From Octopus bimaculoides (lineage: Eukaryota), in assembly GCF_001194135.2 (NCBI RefSeq), contig NC_068985.1:22625510-22689509 (forward strand): a stretch of 64,000 bases of DNA, in the 5' to 3' direction. The translations under genes were made by a program, and so were the position numbers. The notes beneath the pieces were generated by a model. That model was given only the letters and a program-made list of their open reading frames with translations, ran no database searches and was not told the DNA's origin. Shown here piece by piece: positions 11,501-25,185 of the stretch (the first letter of the stretch is position 1; the number at the start of each line of letters is the position of its first letter).

Positions 11501-14500
11501 GAAAAAAATCTCCCAAAATTCACAAAATTAAAATAACACGTTGATCGTCGTACAAAACTATAGCTGAACTGTTTACACAAATAATCACGTGTTTTCACGA
11601 ATGTACTAACGAGATTTGCTCGGATATTCTCATTTAAATATGAATAGGTGATTAGGGGCGGTTTTGGGCGGCTTGGTCACATGAACCAAAATTTTTGTTC
11701 GGGTGGCTTTGGGTGGTTTGGTAACGAAAGGGTTAAGATACAACTAATCTTTGTCAGCATGGAAAAGTGGACATAAAATTATTAAGTTAAATGAAGAAAA
11801 TCAGTTTTAAATAGACACTCTCTTTAAACAAAATTGTGTACAAAGTAAATATCTCTTCCACTCAGTTACACACAAAAAGAAAAAAAAAAAACTTACTCAT
11901 TTGAATATTTATTATAAACTTCATTGACTGCATTGAATACAGGATGTAACAACATATAATTAAGTTTCTTAGCCATTTTCTTTGCTTCTTCTTCAGAATA
12001 ACCAGAGTGATGAGTTAGTATAGCATTCTGCAATTTAGATGGAATTTAAAAATTATGTAGTGCAAAAAATAAACAAACAAAAATAAATCTTGCAAAAGAT
12101 ATATGGTAACTAACCCATTCAAGAGCCTCCATCTTTAATGCCAACCACAAACAGCCAGCTGCCTTCAAAGACTCTTTTTCATAAACAAAACTGTAGTCCA
12201 GAAGTGATAATTCAAGTATGTAACGGGCTAGTGTCAGCGTTTTGGTTTCAAAATTAGCAACCTACAATGTTTAATAGATCACATATGAGAAGACAGGAGA
12301 GAAAAAAAAAAAAAAGTAAATTATAAAAGAAAACATCTAGCAATAACTTACCTTACAATAGCGCCGAAGAAATCGATAAGAGAGAGGGATACCCAATCGA
12401 AAGTCCACAGCAACAAAAATTTTCTTCTCCATATCAAATAGTTTCTCCATTGAATAAGCATTGTCACACATATACAAGAAATCATCACATTGTGGAAGAA
12501 TGCGTTCCTGTTGAGAAAAAAAAAGACTTGAATTAAATTCAAAATATATTCTACAGTTAACACGTGACAGGTAATGTTTCATCAGCCCCATACATACACA
12601 CAGTCTATTTGCTTAATGCAGTCCTCATGACAACTACATGCGTTAAACCACTGGACAGGAAAAGGTGAACTGTTTTAGGGCTGCTTCCATATACATGTAC
12701 AACATCAATTTTCCAAAACCTTTCTTTCCAGATTATTGATTTTACCAAAATAGGGACAGTCACCTTGTTAACACACTAAAATGTACTTGAATAATTAAAT
12801 GAAATTATAAGTCTCAGGCCATCAGTGTATAGAAAATTGGTGTTGTACCTGTGACTGATTTTATAGAAGGTACTCAAAAAGAATTAAAAGAGCTTAGTCC
12901 CAGGTCAGCTCTGATTGGTCAGATATTCCAAGATATTCTATCCATGAGTATCCAGTCAGAGCATAATGTATCTAGAACTAAATCATCCAATGCATTCCTT
13001 TTAAGACAGCGAGGTAAAAGAAAAAATATGCCTGAATGGAGATTCAATGTGCTAAACAAGAGTGACAAGTGGACTAAAATAGTAAGCTAAAAACAAGATA
13101 TGGGAGCAGGTTTTGAAAAGGAAGGGATAAGAAAATTCAAGTCAAATAGCTCCCAACATGCTGCACATATTAGACATATTTAAAACATACACTTACATCA
13201 TATTTACAGGCAATAAACATTGCAGCAGTCCCGACAAGTTGAAGATGTGCACGTTTGATAGTGACTTTAGAGAGATACGTATCAACAAGCTTGACAGCAA
13301 GGTAGAGTGTTTCATGATGTAATTCAAAGTTGGTCTGAACTTCAACCAACCAGTCCATAAGAATGGTTCTCATTTCACTTGTAATATCATTTTGTTTACT
13401 GGACATGTAATCCGGTACAACATATTTGCACTATAAAAATTTGAAATCATAAGTACATAAATTAGGCATTAAAATTGTTGTAAACAGGTAAAATTTTGGA
13501 ACAGGTAAACATTGACAGTTATTTTTGTATTGTTATCAAAATCCTCTATTACAAAAATATACAATGCAACTATTGAAGAGAATTGCTTTAGTCAGCTAAA
13601 AACATTCAACTTTAGTACTCCGTGTAGAAGTGTAAGCGTCCCTATTTATTGCAAGCAGCTGGCTGCCAGTCTTCAGTGAATGCACCTGGCTTGGAACTAC
13701 CAAATTCATAGCATTCAATGGCATTTTAAAAAATTTAGCCCTTCCAGCAGTTTCCTGATCTTTGTTCAGTGATGAGGCATCATAAGTAGTGGAGCCATGA
13801 TTTTCTCTTTAATAATCAGATCAGCATTGGACTGCTCCCTCTTATATACTTGTTAAGCCTGACTTCTCAATATGGTAATCCCTAACAGAACATATCCTTC
13901 AACAGATCAGATTCATCAAAAAGTTGATAATGCAACCACCAACTGAAGGCTTTTATAGAACCAGAGTAATGAATTTCTTGTGGAACTTGGGTGCCTACAT
14001 CGAAGTATACCTTGATTGAAACATAATTTAACAATCCGGATATTTGATAAAAGCATAACGACGTGTAATGTCAGGTCAAGAAGATTAACCATTGCTTATT
14101 TTTATCCAACCTATAAATACAAGCCAAAGTTTCTCCATGTTCAAACAGCCATCCAGGTAAAGAATGACACATTGACAAACAATGTTCAGAGAGTCATCCA
14201 GATAAAGAATGGCACATAGGCGAGCAATGCGTATAGTTATGAGACTTTTTGTAAGGAGAGATCTAATCACATGGAGTGAATCACCTCTAAATGTCACATC
14301 ACTTTTTTCTGGTAGCACAACATAGTTCAAAGTCAATCTGTGCCAAATGTCTTCACTTTGCATGCTTTAGCTAAGTTTCTATGGCAACGGTCTGGATACT
14401 TATTGATCAGAGCATTATAGCCACATACAACAGCCAAAATATTTTAGATTGAGAGATTTTTGATTGGAGCAAACAAGAGTTCTGCAGAAAGAAGTAGCAT

Positions 14501-17500
14501 GCTCATTACATTATAAAAGGATACTTGTTGAAGTCACAGAAACATCGATTTTAAACAGTTTATGGAACTTCAGGTAAAATAAGTGAGAGAGTCTGAAAAT
14601 TCAGCAAGAAAATTATGAATATAATTTTCCCTTGTGTTCATTTTGTGCTCACATCAAATGAAGTGCCATTGTACTTCACTGGAGAAAGCCAAGCCCTAGT
14701 GCATTTCCTGGTTGAGCTCGTGAGGTAAGTTTTCACATTTTAACTAATTAAATTGTTGTGACAAGAATTAGCTGCTAAGAGTTGTTTTATTCAGTATTTG
14801 AAGTACAAGGCTGGTGCCAGCCTTCAACTAAAATATAGTATAGTGAACCTGGACTGGAAGTAATAGTTCAGAACAGCAAATCTGTTAATCACTTCAATAA
14901 TTTACAGTGTATGAAGACATCTAAATCTTTGTGGAAATTGGTTTATAAAAAGGAAATAAAAAAGAAAAGTTAGTCTTACCTCTTGTTCTTTATAGTAATC
15001 AAAAATATCTCTAGCATATATAGCTTCCCAGAAAGGATCTTTCATATGTTCTTTATCAAAAGCATCATAATCAACCTATTAAAATAAAAGTAAATGTCTA
15101 ATACTACTACTACTGTTAGTATATACTAATTCTTTTTAAACCTAAATAGCAGAATGTCAGTGAACTGTAATTAAAAAAAAAAACCTAATTAAAAAGGTCT
15201 AAAAGTCTCAAATGAAAGTGCCAAACTCAGAGCACTGAGAAAAAAGTATGAAAGAATTTAATAACATGTATTTTTGCATACCATTATGGTTGATAGAACG
15301 AATATACACACACACACACACAGGCACAGACCAGAGTTCCAGCAGACTGACAAAAAGGAAACATTTAGATATGCTAAAACACACAAATAATTCACAGAAA
15401 GAATACCAATCCCACCTCAATCCACTATTTGTTTCCTCTCTTATGCACTCCCCCTTGTACCTGGCACCCCAACATTATCATCTTCATTGTCTCCTGAGCT
15501 ACACACCCTTATATAATGCATGTTAGCCATATATCTCCACTACAGCAAGATCCTGTGCTTATTCCTTTTATACTTTAAAGCACCAGCACTAGCACCACAT
15601 AAAAAGCCTGGTGCAGCCTTCTAGTCAGCCAAACCATCTAACCCATGCTAGCATGGAAGATGGACATTAAATGGTGGTGATGACTAGCCTCTCAGTGCCC
15701 AATTTTATGCCACCTCCCCTCCATTTAGTCAAGGGGGTTACTACTGGTGGCACAAAAATGCCCAATACACACCATAAAGTGGTTGGCATTAGGAAGGGCA
15801 TCTGGCTGTAGAAACCATACCAAAGCTGACAATAGAACTTGCTGCAGCCTTGTGGCTTGCCAGACCCTGTCAAACTGCGCAACTCTTACCAGCATGGAAA
15901 ACATGTTAAATGAGTAAGTCCCATAAACTACACAGACAGCTCACTAGAAGTAGTTGAAAGTTTGTTACTTTAGTGTAGAGTAGATGTTGCAAAAGCAAAG
16001 TGAAAACAGAAGAAATTAAAACTGTTACTTCTGTAGACAACAAAATGTTTCTTTTCATACAAAAGCAGGTGTAGGAAATACAATCCATGATAGAAAGTCT
16101 TGACTATAGATCTACAGAAGCTGAAGAAAATGATCCACTGGATCTGTTGACTTGCATGAAAGTAAATGTATGAGTTGAGAGAGCATTTTCACATTAAACT
16201 GGTGCATGTGAAAAATTTAACTGTACTAATACAGCCATGGGGGCCCCAGATAAGTCAATGGGTGCTTAGTTAAAATTGTCATGCACTTTCAATGAAAAAG
16301 AAAACCTGTACTGATGGCAGAGAAAAACACAACAGAAGTTGTAAAGTTAGAGTGCTCTTAGTATTCACAGACCTGGAGAGCTGATGAAATTGATGCAGCT
16401 CATGTTCTGCTTAGACTGTTGAAAATTGGCAATTGCAGAAGGGATATGACCAGAGAAGGAGTTCCAAAAGGCTGACATTCTGAAAGGACTGAAAATAGTA
16501 GTCTGGGACTTGAACATAAAAATGGGTAATGAGAAAAGATGAACAAGAGTGCCTGAGTGGAGGGAGCATGAGAGTAACCAGCTCCAAAGAGAAGAGGATA
16601 CTGTAACAAAAGTAGAAATGGTAGAGAGAAGACAACATCAGTGGACCAGAAGTTGGAGAATGTTTGTAGTTAAGTGGCTTTTCTCTGGTGGAAGTCTAGA
16701 ATGTCTGAGTAGCAGTCGTGCTGTCCCAGATGTAAGAGCTTATACTCCTTTGTTGATCCCAGCCAAGAATTATAGTGGGTTAGTAATTAAGGCTGAAAGG
16801 TTTTCTAGTTCTAAAGGGAAGGGACACTCTACAAGATGTGGTTCTAGATATGTTAAGGACATGTATTCATCTGGAGTGATTGTTGCATGATACTTATGTA
16901 TAAAAATGCAATAATGTTTCCATACGAATAGCAATTGTGTTTTAAAACAAGACTATAATGGGTTTTGAGAAATTGTAAGCCTCACAAAGCTGTATCTGGA
17001 CAGAGATAAAAAAAAAGTTTTAAATGATCTTAATTTTACCTTTGGTACTTCTGGTTCTTCAACTTTAGGTGGCTCCAGATCAATTCTAGAATAAAATATA
17101 ATTGAAAAAATAAATAAATAAATAAAATATCTAATTATAAGTTACCATTTCTACAAAACAAAGTATATGAAAAAAAAGCCATTTTAGATATCTGAGCATT
17201 AAAAATTTGCTTAATAATTTATTAGGGATTCATTTGTTTTATTCCTAAAATATTTTAATTCACTGCAATACGGAAAAAATTGAGCAATAGAAGATACAAC
17301 AATCATCATCATCATCATCGTTTAACGTCCGCTTTCCATATAGATCCTCTTGGTATAGTGAATTGATCAGCAAAAATCTTGGATAGATCCCATCTGAGAG
17401 CATACAAGTGACTGAGTGAACACATTAGTAAAGAAACTTAATAAAATTCAATAGAAAAAAGAATATAAGTTTTAAGAGAAATTTAAATAGAGATTCATAA

Positions 17501-20500
17501 TTTTCTTTCCATTGAAAATATCACCATCATCATTTAACATCCAGTGTCCATGCTGGCATGAGTTGGACAGTTTGACCAAAAGTGGCAAGAAGGGGAGCTG
17601 TACCAGACTCTTTGAAATTATTTCTATGGCTAGATGCCCTTCCTAATGCCAATCACTTTACAGAGCGTCCTCAGTGCTTTTATGTGGCATGCCACGAGTA
17701 CTTTACACCACCAGAGACTGGTCTTAACACTTCTGCTGCACAGTATGGGTCTTCTGCAGTACAGCAAGGCATGAGGCATTTCAGTCCTTTGTCATCTCAC
17801 CGGAAGGGTTCAGCATACTGAGGTTGTTCTTCAGTACTTCAACCTATGTCTTCCATGTGTTTCATCTACTTTGAGAGACCTGCATTTCTTTATGGAGCTG
17901 TCAGCATCCATCTGCATCACATGAACAAACCAGCACAGTCATCTTTTACACACAGGAATTAATTCCTCTTATGCCCAACTTCTCTCTCAAAACACTAGCA
18001 CTTACATTATACATCCAGTGGAGCATACTAGCCTCATTCCTCTCTAAACTTTGCAGGTCCTCTGCATTCAGGAACCATGTCTTACTACCATTTAGAATTG
18101 CTGTCTTTATACATGCTTCATGCGGAGGCACAATGGCCCAGTGGTTAGGGCAGCGGACTCACGGTCATAGGATCGCAGTTTCGATTTCCAGCCCGGTCGT
18201 TTTGAGTGTTTATTGAGCGAAGACACCTAAAGCTCCACGAGGCTCTGGCAGGGGATGGTGGCGAACCCTGCTGTACTCTTCCACTACAACTTTCTCTCAC
18301 TCTTACTTCATGTTTCTGTTGTGCCTGTAATTCAAAGGGTCAGCCTTGTCACACTGAATATCCCCGAGAACTAAGTTAAGGGTACACGTGTCTGGAGTGC
18401 TGAGCCACTTGCATGTTAATTTCACAAGCAGGCTGTTCTGTTGATCGGATCAACTGGAACCCTCGACATCGTAAGCGACGGAGCGCCGCCAACAACAAGA
18501 TGTTTCATACAATCTTCCTTTCATTTGGAAAAAGAAAACTTTCATGACCAACAGTGGTAACAGTTCTTTGAATTGCCTCCATCTTGTTACTTCTTTTAAA
18601 AGACACAGAGCGAAAAAGCAAAAAGTGGGAAGTATACTCAGTGAGAGAAATGGTAAAAACAGTGATAGAATGTTGCCACTGCACTGTTTTCTCAGCATAC
18701 TTCACTTATGACAATTTACTCAATGATAAGATGAATTTTAAAATAGCTGTAATAAAATAACCATTCAACTATTTATTGGAATGGCTGAATAGTGGCAGCT
18801 GAGATGGACAGCATCTGAGAGTTGTCTAGATTACTTGTGTACTGAGCAAGAGATCATGGAAAAAATAATGTTAGATAGATGGTATTTCTTATTGAGAAAA
18901 AAGTCACTCATTAAACTTTGACAGAAAAAAATATTTTTAAGTTTAAGAGAAATTTAAAAAACAGATTCATAATTTTCTTTTCATTTCATAATAAAGTTAT
19001 AACTTTCATGAAATTTTCAAAAAATGGTATCTTTAACAATCTTGTTAAGGAATATACTTGTGTGTATCTGTGTATGTAGATACATACGTAGGGGGAGAGT
19101 GAGAGGGGAGGGGAACTTGAAAAAGATTTCACAAAAATGTTGATTAGTTATTGAAGTATACAACTAAAATTATTTTATCCCATTTAAGATTGGGCAAACT
19201 ACAGATGGCTCAGTCAAAATTCAGAACCAGCTGAGAGACTGACATTTTACATGGTATTGATGGGCAACATACCTGAATCAAAAAAACCAAGTCCTTCGCT
19301 TGGATAGATGCAAGTTATGAAGTATGGTAAAATTCACTAAACAGCAGCAACCTTGTGAAATTAGATAATACATAGATCTACCATAGAACTAAGCATCAGA
19401 AAGAATTAGCTATTGAAAAGTTATAATTCTAAATATCTTTCTAAATTTAATTTGAGTGGAGAAAAAGAAAAATGATAGCACATCAATCACTGTAAGACAA
19501 TATCTAAAAAAAATAATTCTACATGTAATTGCAAGGGTGCAAAATATATTATCTGATTCACATTTTAATTGGAATGTAAGTAACAAAGTCATTTTAATGT
19601 CTACTTTTCCATGTTTGCATAAGTCAGACAAAAGTATATTGGGGTTGAATTTTCTGCAGCTAAATTCCCTCCTTGTTGCCAAGCCCCACTTATTACCAAG
19701 TGAGATAATTATCTCCCAGACAAGCAGCCCAGAGATGTTTATGAGAAGAACTGGAAACAACACTGTATGAATAAACCTTTTGCTTACACAGATCACACAA
19801 AATATATCAAGAAAATTGGCCATACTTCTGCAGCAGACAACACTCAGTAAAGCCATCGTTTACAACCAGCGAGTCAACACACAATCATGATGGGCTTCTT
19901 TCAGTTGCCATCTACCAAATCTACTCACAAGTCAGCCCAGGAATATAGAAGACACTTGTCAATGGTGCCAGACTAAACCCAACACTACACGAGTAAATAC
20001 TGAATTTAACCATACAGCTATGCTTGCATCTAATGCTCAAATATGCACAAGGCATTCATTTGAACTGGCAGCGATCCAAGTTCAGCTAAATATGAAATAC
20101 ATTCTCGAAGCATTTACAACTTTAAGTCAAATTCTTTTCACTTGCATTAGTTTGATATAGCCTCACAGAGAACGAAACTTTTAATTCAATCAGTGCAGTC
20201 ATAGTTAATATGTTCATTTCGTTACAAGGTTTCAGGATCAATCCATGTGACATGCAAGTGAAATTTTAGCAAAAGGAAACTGTATGAAAGGCTGCTATAC
20301 ACATGCACAAGTGTGTTTGTGTCATAATTTAATGGGTTGGATGGTTTGACAGGATTCTATAGGTTCAAAAATTGCATCATGCTCCAGTATTTGCCTTGGT
20401 ACAGTTTCTACAACTGGATACCCTTCCAAATGCCAACCATTCCAGAGTACTGGGTGCTTTTTTACATGCCATCAGTCCTAGTGAGGTTGCTATGCAGCTT

Positions 20501-22664
20501 GCAAGACTGAAGTCTGAGAGGGTGGCTTTATGCTAAGAGACGAGAGGTAAAAATATGAGAAAGGGCCTAAATAAGAACAGGTTTCCTGCTGTAGAGGAGC
20601 TACATGACTACTCATATTTTAGAACAGAGGATGGGAGAGAGTAGTGATAAAAACAAGTATTGAGATGACAGAGTGGACCTTCAAGGTAAGAAGTGGGTAG
20701 AAGTGAGAGGGATCAGTAGCAGGTGGATGAATGTTACAGCTGAATAGTAAGAGAATCTGAGATGGTGAATGGATGAAGAAGGGGAAGTAGGCAATCACTA
20801 GCAATGTAAGAATTAGAAGGGGAGGAGGAGATGACTGACAGTACAGAACAGCAGAATTATGATGATACAGCAGATAGGAGAAGGATGACAGGATGTTAGG
20901 TAGGTTGCAGGTGTAAGCAGGGAAGAGGTAGGCATAGTGCATGAAGGCGAGGAAGGAGCGAATACTAATGGATGAAGGATGGGAAGCAAGTGAATTGGTT
21001 CTAGGTAGTAAGAAAGTGCTATCAGGGAAGAATAGCGATTAGTGAGGGTGTGGATGTGTATCCTCATGAGCCTTTGCACAGACATGGGCAACAGTGACAG
21101 TTCTTTCCCACAGCTCAATAGTTTGATATGCAAAGACAAATGCTGACATCAAGAAGGGTAACTGATCAAATACAACCTCAAGTCTCATCCAAACCATGAC
21201 AGTTTGAAAAGAAAAAACATAAGGATTTGGGTTGACAAAAAAAAAGAAGAAAAAAAAAAGAAAAAGAGTAGGAAAAAAACCCATTTAATGTCCATTTGCC
21301 ATGCTGGTATGCAGACAGAAACATCTCTCCAGATCACTGCAGGGGTCGTTAAACCAACAAGGGAGTTCTCAACTTGTTGGACATAGCAGCTTTACACATT
21401 ATCTAGATGTATAAAAAGGCAAGATTTGTGATGACTAGAATGACCTTTGAACATACTTCTGGCCAACCAGCTCATTTTTATTTGGCCAATAAAAAGCTGG
21501 ATTCAATAAATGTTAATAAGAAGAACTTACATTATAACTGGAGAAGATTCTGGGTTATCTCGAGCCAAGTCAATTGGTTGTAATGCCTTGGTAAGTTCTT
21601 CAATTTGGGGTTCTTCTTGCTTTGGGTTGCATTTTGGCTTCAAAACGATTGTAGATCTTGTTATTTTAGTTACACCTTGTTTTTTAACTGGCAGTTTGCT
21701 TTCCTTTTCTATTATTTTCGTATTCTTCTTTTTCTGCAGGGGTAGAAAAAGTGAAAATGTAATTGTCCATTATAACAATTCATGTGTATTCATTAATTAT
21801 TAAATAAATTGTCGGTGCATTCTCTCTTACATTGGTAATATCGCCAAATACAGCTCTTCGTTTCTGGTCTGGTCCTTGGGTGACTTCAGTCTTAGAACGG
21901 GTGCGTTTCAGGGGACCTAAATTATCAGCAACGCAATGAATCTAAAATTAAAATAAAGAAAACTTAGAAGAAATTTTCAAAATGCAGACGAACAAAGTTT
22001 TAACTACAGCATAAAGATGTTCGAAGGGCAATCCTTCGGTATTCGTAGACGACATCTTTCACCCACACGTTACCTCATGACAATAAAGAGGCTAGGCTTA
22101 AAAAGACGGATTGCTGTTCGAAGTCGAATGATTTGAGTCGGGGCCAAATATTAAAATTAACATTTAGTTACAGGAATACATTCGCGAGATGGCATTTAAA
22201 ACATCCGAATTTCAGCTGAGACAAAAATTAAAGATAAAATGTATAAGCTATTGAATAAACAGGAAATTATGCAACCAATGAGAGACTAATTTAGCAATTC
22301 AGAAAAGAATATTTTTTAAAACGTTTTCATTCAAAGGAAGATAATGAACTTGCAACGGTCAAGAAAAAAAGAAAAAAAGGAAAACAAAAAAAAAGAAAAA
22401 ACTATATTTGTAATAGCGGCTTGAAATTAAATATTAACCAATGAATATTAACATCATATAAACCAAAAATAATTTCAACTGAAATGAATAAAAAGAAAAT
22501 ATAATAAAGCTTTAGATAAGCAGTTGCAAATTCGACATAGAGTATATGTGAATGCTTTCGGGTATATAAATAATATTTACCTTTACAGGAGCTTCGTTTT
22601 TAGATCGAAGAGAAGGCCCTTTGGTTAGAGGAACTATATCTCTTTTGAATTTGCGAGTGGCCAT
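8544..22664 (-). CDS. CCNB3: Cyclin B3 (G2/mitotic-specific), 420 aa, 10 coding exons
   Basis: Exons (all GT-AG, phases consistent, total 1263 nt): 22664-22581, 21941-21831, 21733-21531, 17085-17040, 15075-14980, 13430-13197, 12507-12352, 12261-12115, 12027-11897, 8598-8544. D-box RAVFGDITN; cyclin box MRTILMDWLVEVQTNFELHHETLYLAVKLVD; IPLSYRFLRRY; TLTLARYILELSL; C-terminus VFMEVAEIPKL. EVQxNFELxHETLYLAVK and IPLSYRFLRR are B3-type signatures. Confidence 0.93.
8727..9095 (+). mobile_element. tRNA-derived SINE
   Basis: Head GTGTGGTAAGAAGCTTGCT...GGTTCCAAGTTC; ends ...GCAGTGCCCCAGCATGGCC...GAAACAAGTAAAAGATAAA. Related heads at ~2385 and ~58545. Confidence 0.65.
10212..11732 (-). mobile_element. 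Internally deleted piggyBac (PGBD4-like) element in the last intron of CCNB3
   Basis: Perfect 14-bp TIRs CCCTTTCGTTACCA (10212-10225, 11719-11732) flanked by TTAA (10208-10211, 11733-11736). Transposase remnants: acidic N-terminus and ALDYFFLLFP (11452-11024), and DEDMVGYKGRVRFRQYMPGKPTKRGIKVW (~10715-10625). Confidence 0.92.
17830..18640 (-). mobile_element. RTE-clade LINE fragment split by a SINE insertion
   Basis: Reading across the insertion gives RWRQFKELLPLL...KGRLY|EACIKTAILNGSKTW...EDLQSLERNEASMLHWMYNV, the RTE C-terminal pattern. Confidence 0.7.
18124..18498 (+). mobile_element. Full-length tRNA-derived SINE
   Basis: A box TGGCCCAGTGG (18134-18144), B-box-like GTTTCGATTT (18178-18187), (AAC)n tail, degenerate TSD atgcttcatgc/atgtttcatac. 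A close copy lies on the - strand at 57739-58118. Confidence 0.85.
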
Positions 22665-22741
22665 ATCTCAGGTATGAACGGAATAAAATATATCAAATGT
22701 AAATACAACGATACACACGAACAGCAAGTAAACTGTTTATA

Positions 22742-22800
22742 AACTGAGGAAACTGGACCGTTTGAATTTCGTACGTTTATTTCCTGCTTGCTGATTGGTT
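22742..22800 (-). promoter_or_regulatory. Putative CCNB3 core promoter: CCAAT box, CHR-like hexamer, Inr
   Basis: AACCAATCAG at 22800-22791; TTTGAA (on the + strand) at 22761-22766; TCAGTT at 22747-22742, 81 nt upstream of the ATG. A second ACCAATCA is at 23060-23053. Confidence 0.45.
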
Positions 22801-24479
22801 CAGTTCCCCCCACCATCACTTAAATATGTTAAGGGACATAACTCAGTCTTCCTATTCCTAACGTAGTTTCGATTCTTTGAAACCACTGTTTTTATGTCAC
22901 TTATTTCTTTTTTTAAAAATGCACGAACGTTACACACTCTTTTATTTTAAATCCTATTTTTAAAAAAATCATGCTAATTTTCGCAGGTTTCTTAAATCAC
23001 TCACAGACTCACTCTTGCCCACAATCGTGCTTGTCCCTTCTCTTTACCCCATTGATTGGTATTAAATCACTCGCAAACATATCCCTGCCTTGGCCTACCA
23101 GTATGCTCTCTCTCCTCCTCCTCTCTCCCTTTTTATCACTCCCAGCTAGCTACCTCCGCTTATCATCCTTATCCTGTTCAATCACATAGGCACCGCACTT
23201 CCCAGAACGACGAGCCACTGGAATCTTTCTTATGTTTTCTATTTTTTACGTTTCAGTCATTTCACTACGGCCATGCTGGGGCACCGCTTCAAAGGGTTTA
23301 GTCGCACAAATCGACAATAGTACTATTTTTTTAGTGTAATACTTATTGTATCGGTGTCTTTTGCTAAACCGCTAGGTCACGGGGATGTAAACAAACCAAC
23401 ACCTGCTGTCAAGCGGTGGTGGGCACGGACAAACACAAAGATACTCGCATGCGCACACACATATATATATACAGATATACAACAGGCTTCCACACATTTT
23501 CCGTCTACCAAGTTCACCCACAAGGCATTGGTTGGCTCGGGGCTATAGTAGAAGACATTTGCCAAAGATGCCGCGCAGTAGAACTGATCCGAAACTATGT
23601 GGTTGCGCACACCCATACTTGTGCCTAAAACTAATGATTTCAATCACTGTGTCTGGTTTGTGAAACCGAAAAGATCCGTTGTTCACTTAAAACAGGTTAA
23701 AACGGAAGATTAACAGCATCGTGCTCGCTGGCCTCGGAGAGCCTGGAAAAGTCATGGATACCGCCCCTTCCTCAAGACTGAGCAATTAAAAATAAAACGT
23801 CAAAAATAAAAGCCTATTTCACATTGCTGCTAATGATCTTAGGAAACACACGCAGCAGAACACTAAATTTCTCTTACCTTACAAATCTCAAATATTTCAT
23901 ACATGTATATAAAGAATTTCTTTTGCAATTTTTACGTTTGACATTCTAATGCATAAAACAACTAAAGGATTTTGGGGAGGGTCACGAACCAACTAAAGAA
24001 TCTGCTAAAGATAGTAGCCAAATCTCCTTCATATCACAACCAACAGTCATAAAAAGGAAGGATACTGGATAAGTTGGTTAGATTGTCTTTGATCGTAAGT
24101 CTGCTTAACATTCCCTTAAATCACATCTTAATGTACTGAGAGAAAAAAGAAAGATGAATGCATTGGATTATGTACTTCTTGTTAAGCTATCTTGCAAAAA
24201 AAAAAAAAAAAAAAAAAAAAAAAGGAACGGTCGCGGCCAGATTGCTTTTAATCATATATACACTTAATCAGGGCTGACATAAAGTTAATGTAATTATCTC
24301 CGAACCTGCTAATTACTAACATATTACATGCACCACCAGGTTTCTCTGGCTATTGTAAATATACTGTTTACTGCGAGAAACAAATTCAGATTCATTTGAA
24401 ACTTAATAGTGTATTTAACAAAACTTTCCTAGGTGGTCGATGTTCACCTCCGATTTCAATGACGATAAGTACGTAAGCA

Positions 24480-24790
24480 TCCCCTGGACCGGTGGTCAGA
24501 GCGTTGGGCTTACAATCATAAGATTATAAGTTCGATTCCCTGCCGAGCTGTTTGTTGTGTTCTTGAGCAAGACGCTTTATTTCACGTTGCTCCGATTCAC
24601 TCGGTTACAGAAATGAGTTGCGACTTTACTGGTGCTTTTGCCTTTCCGATGTGGAGAGGGGAGACTAGTATGCATGGGCAACTTCCACAAACAACCTTAC
24701 CTGGACTTGTGCCTCAGAGGGGAACTTTCTAGTTCCGATCTCATTGTCATTTGTGACCGAAAGGGGTATTTAAGTACACGAAGTTCCTCG
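24480..24790 (+). mobile_element. tRNA-derived SINE
   Basis: GGACCGGTGGTCAGAGCG...AAGTTCGATTCC head, followed by a body shared with 27340-27625, 59805-60125 and 63080-63300. Confidence 0.65.
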
Positions 24791-25150
24791 TTCTGTAATG
24801 AATTCAGTATTATAAATTCAAACTCTGTCGATGTCAACTTGGCCTTTTATTCTTTCGGGATCAGTAAAAAAAAACAAAAAGACACTTCAATCTAGGACGG
24901 TGATTTTGTGAAAATGAAAGAACAGTTAACCTTGCGGTATTTGTTCTGACCTTTTCATTCCGAGTTCAAATCCTGCCACGGCATACTTGGTCGTCCGGTT
25001 TATCACTACCATTTGGCACTCTAAGTGCATTTAGCGGAGTCTACTATGTTGAAAGCATTCGAGCGAGACCTCTGGTTTCATTATACCTTTCCCCTTCCCT
25101 CCCTTCAGTTATGGAGACCCTGTAACAGAGTAATGGGTACTACCTCTCCG

Positions 25151-25185
<35 letters not shown>

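Noticed and set aside
11452-11732. piggyBac acting as an exon trap for a CCNB3-transposase fusion
   Set aside because: No convincing splice acceptor before the transposase ATG, and the ORF is broken.
18124-18200. tRNA genes at A/B-box-containing heads
   Set aside because: They continue into shared repeat bodies and tails, so they are SINE heads.
22008-22055. Alternative CCNB3 first exon MSSTNTEGLPFEHLYA
   Set aside because: Needs a weak GTAGTT donor and a 66-nt intron; the 22664-22581 exon has a better donor and promoter context.
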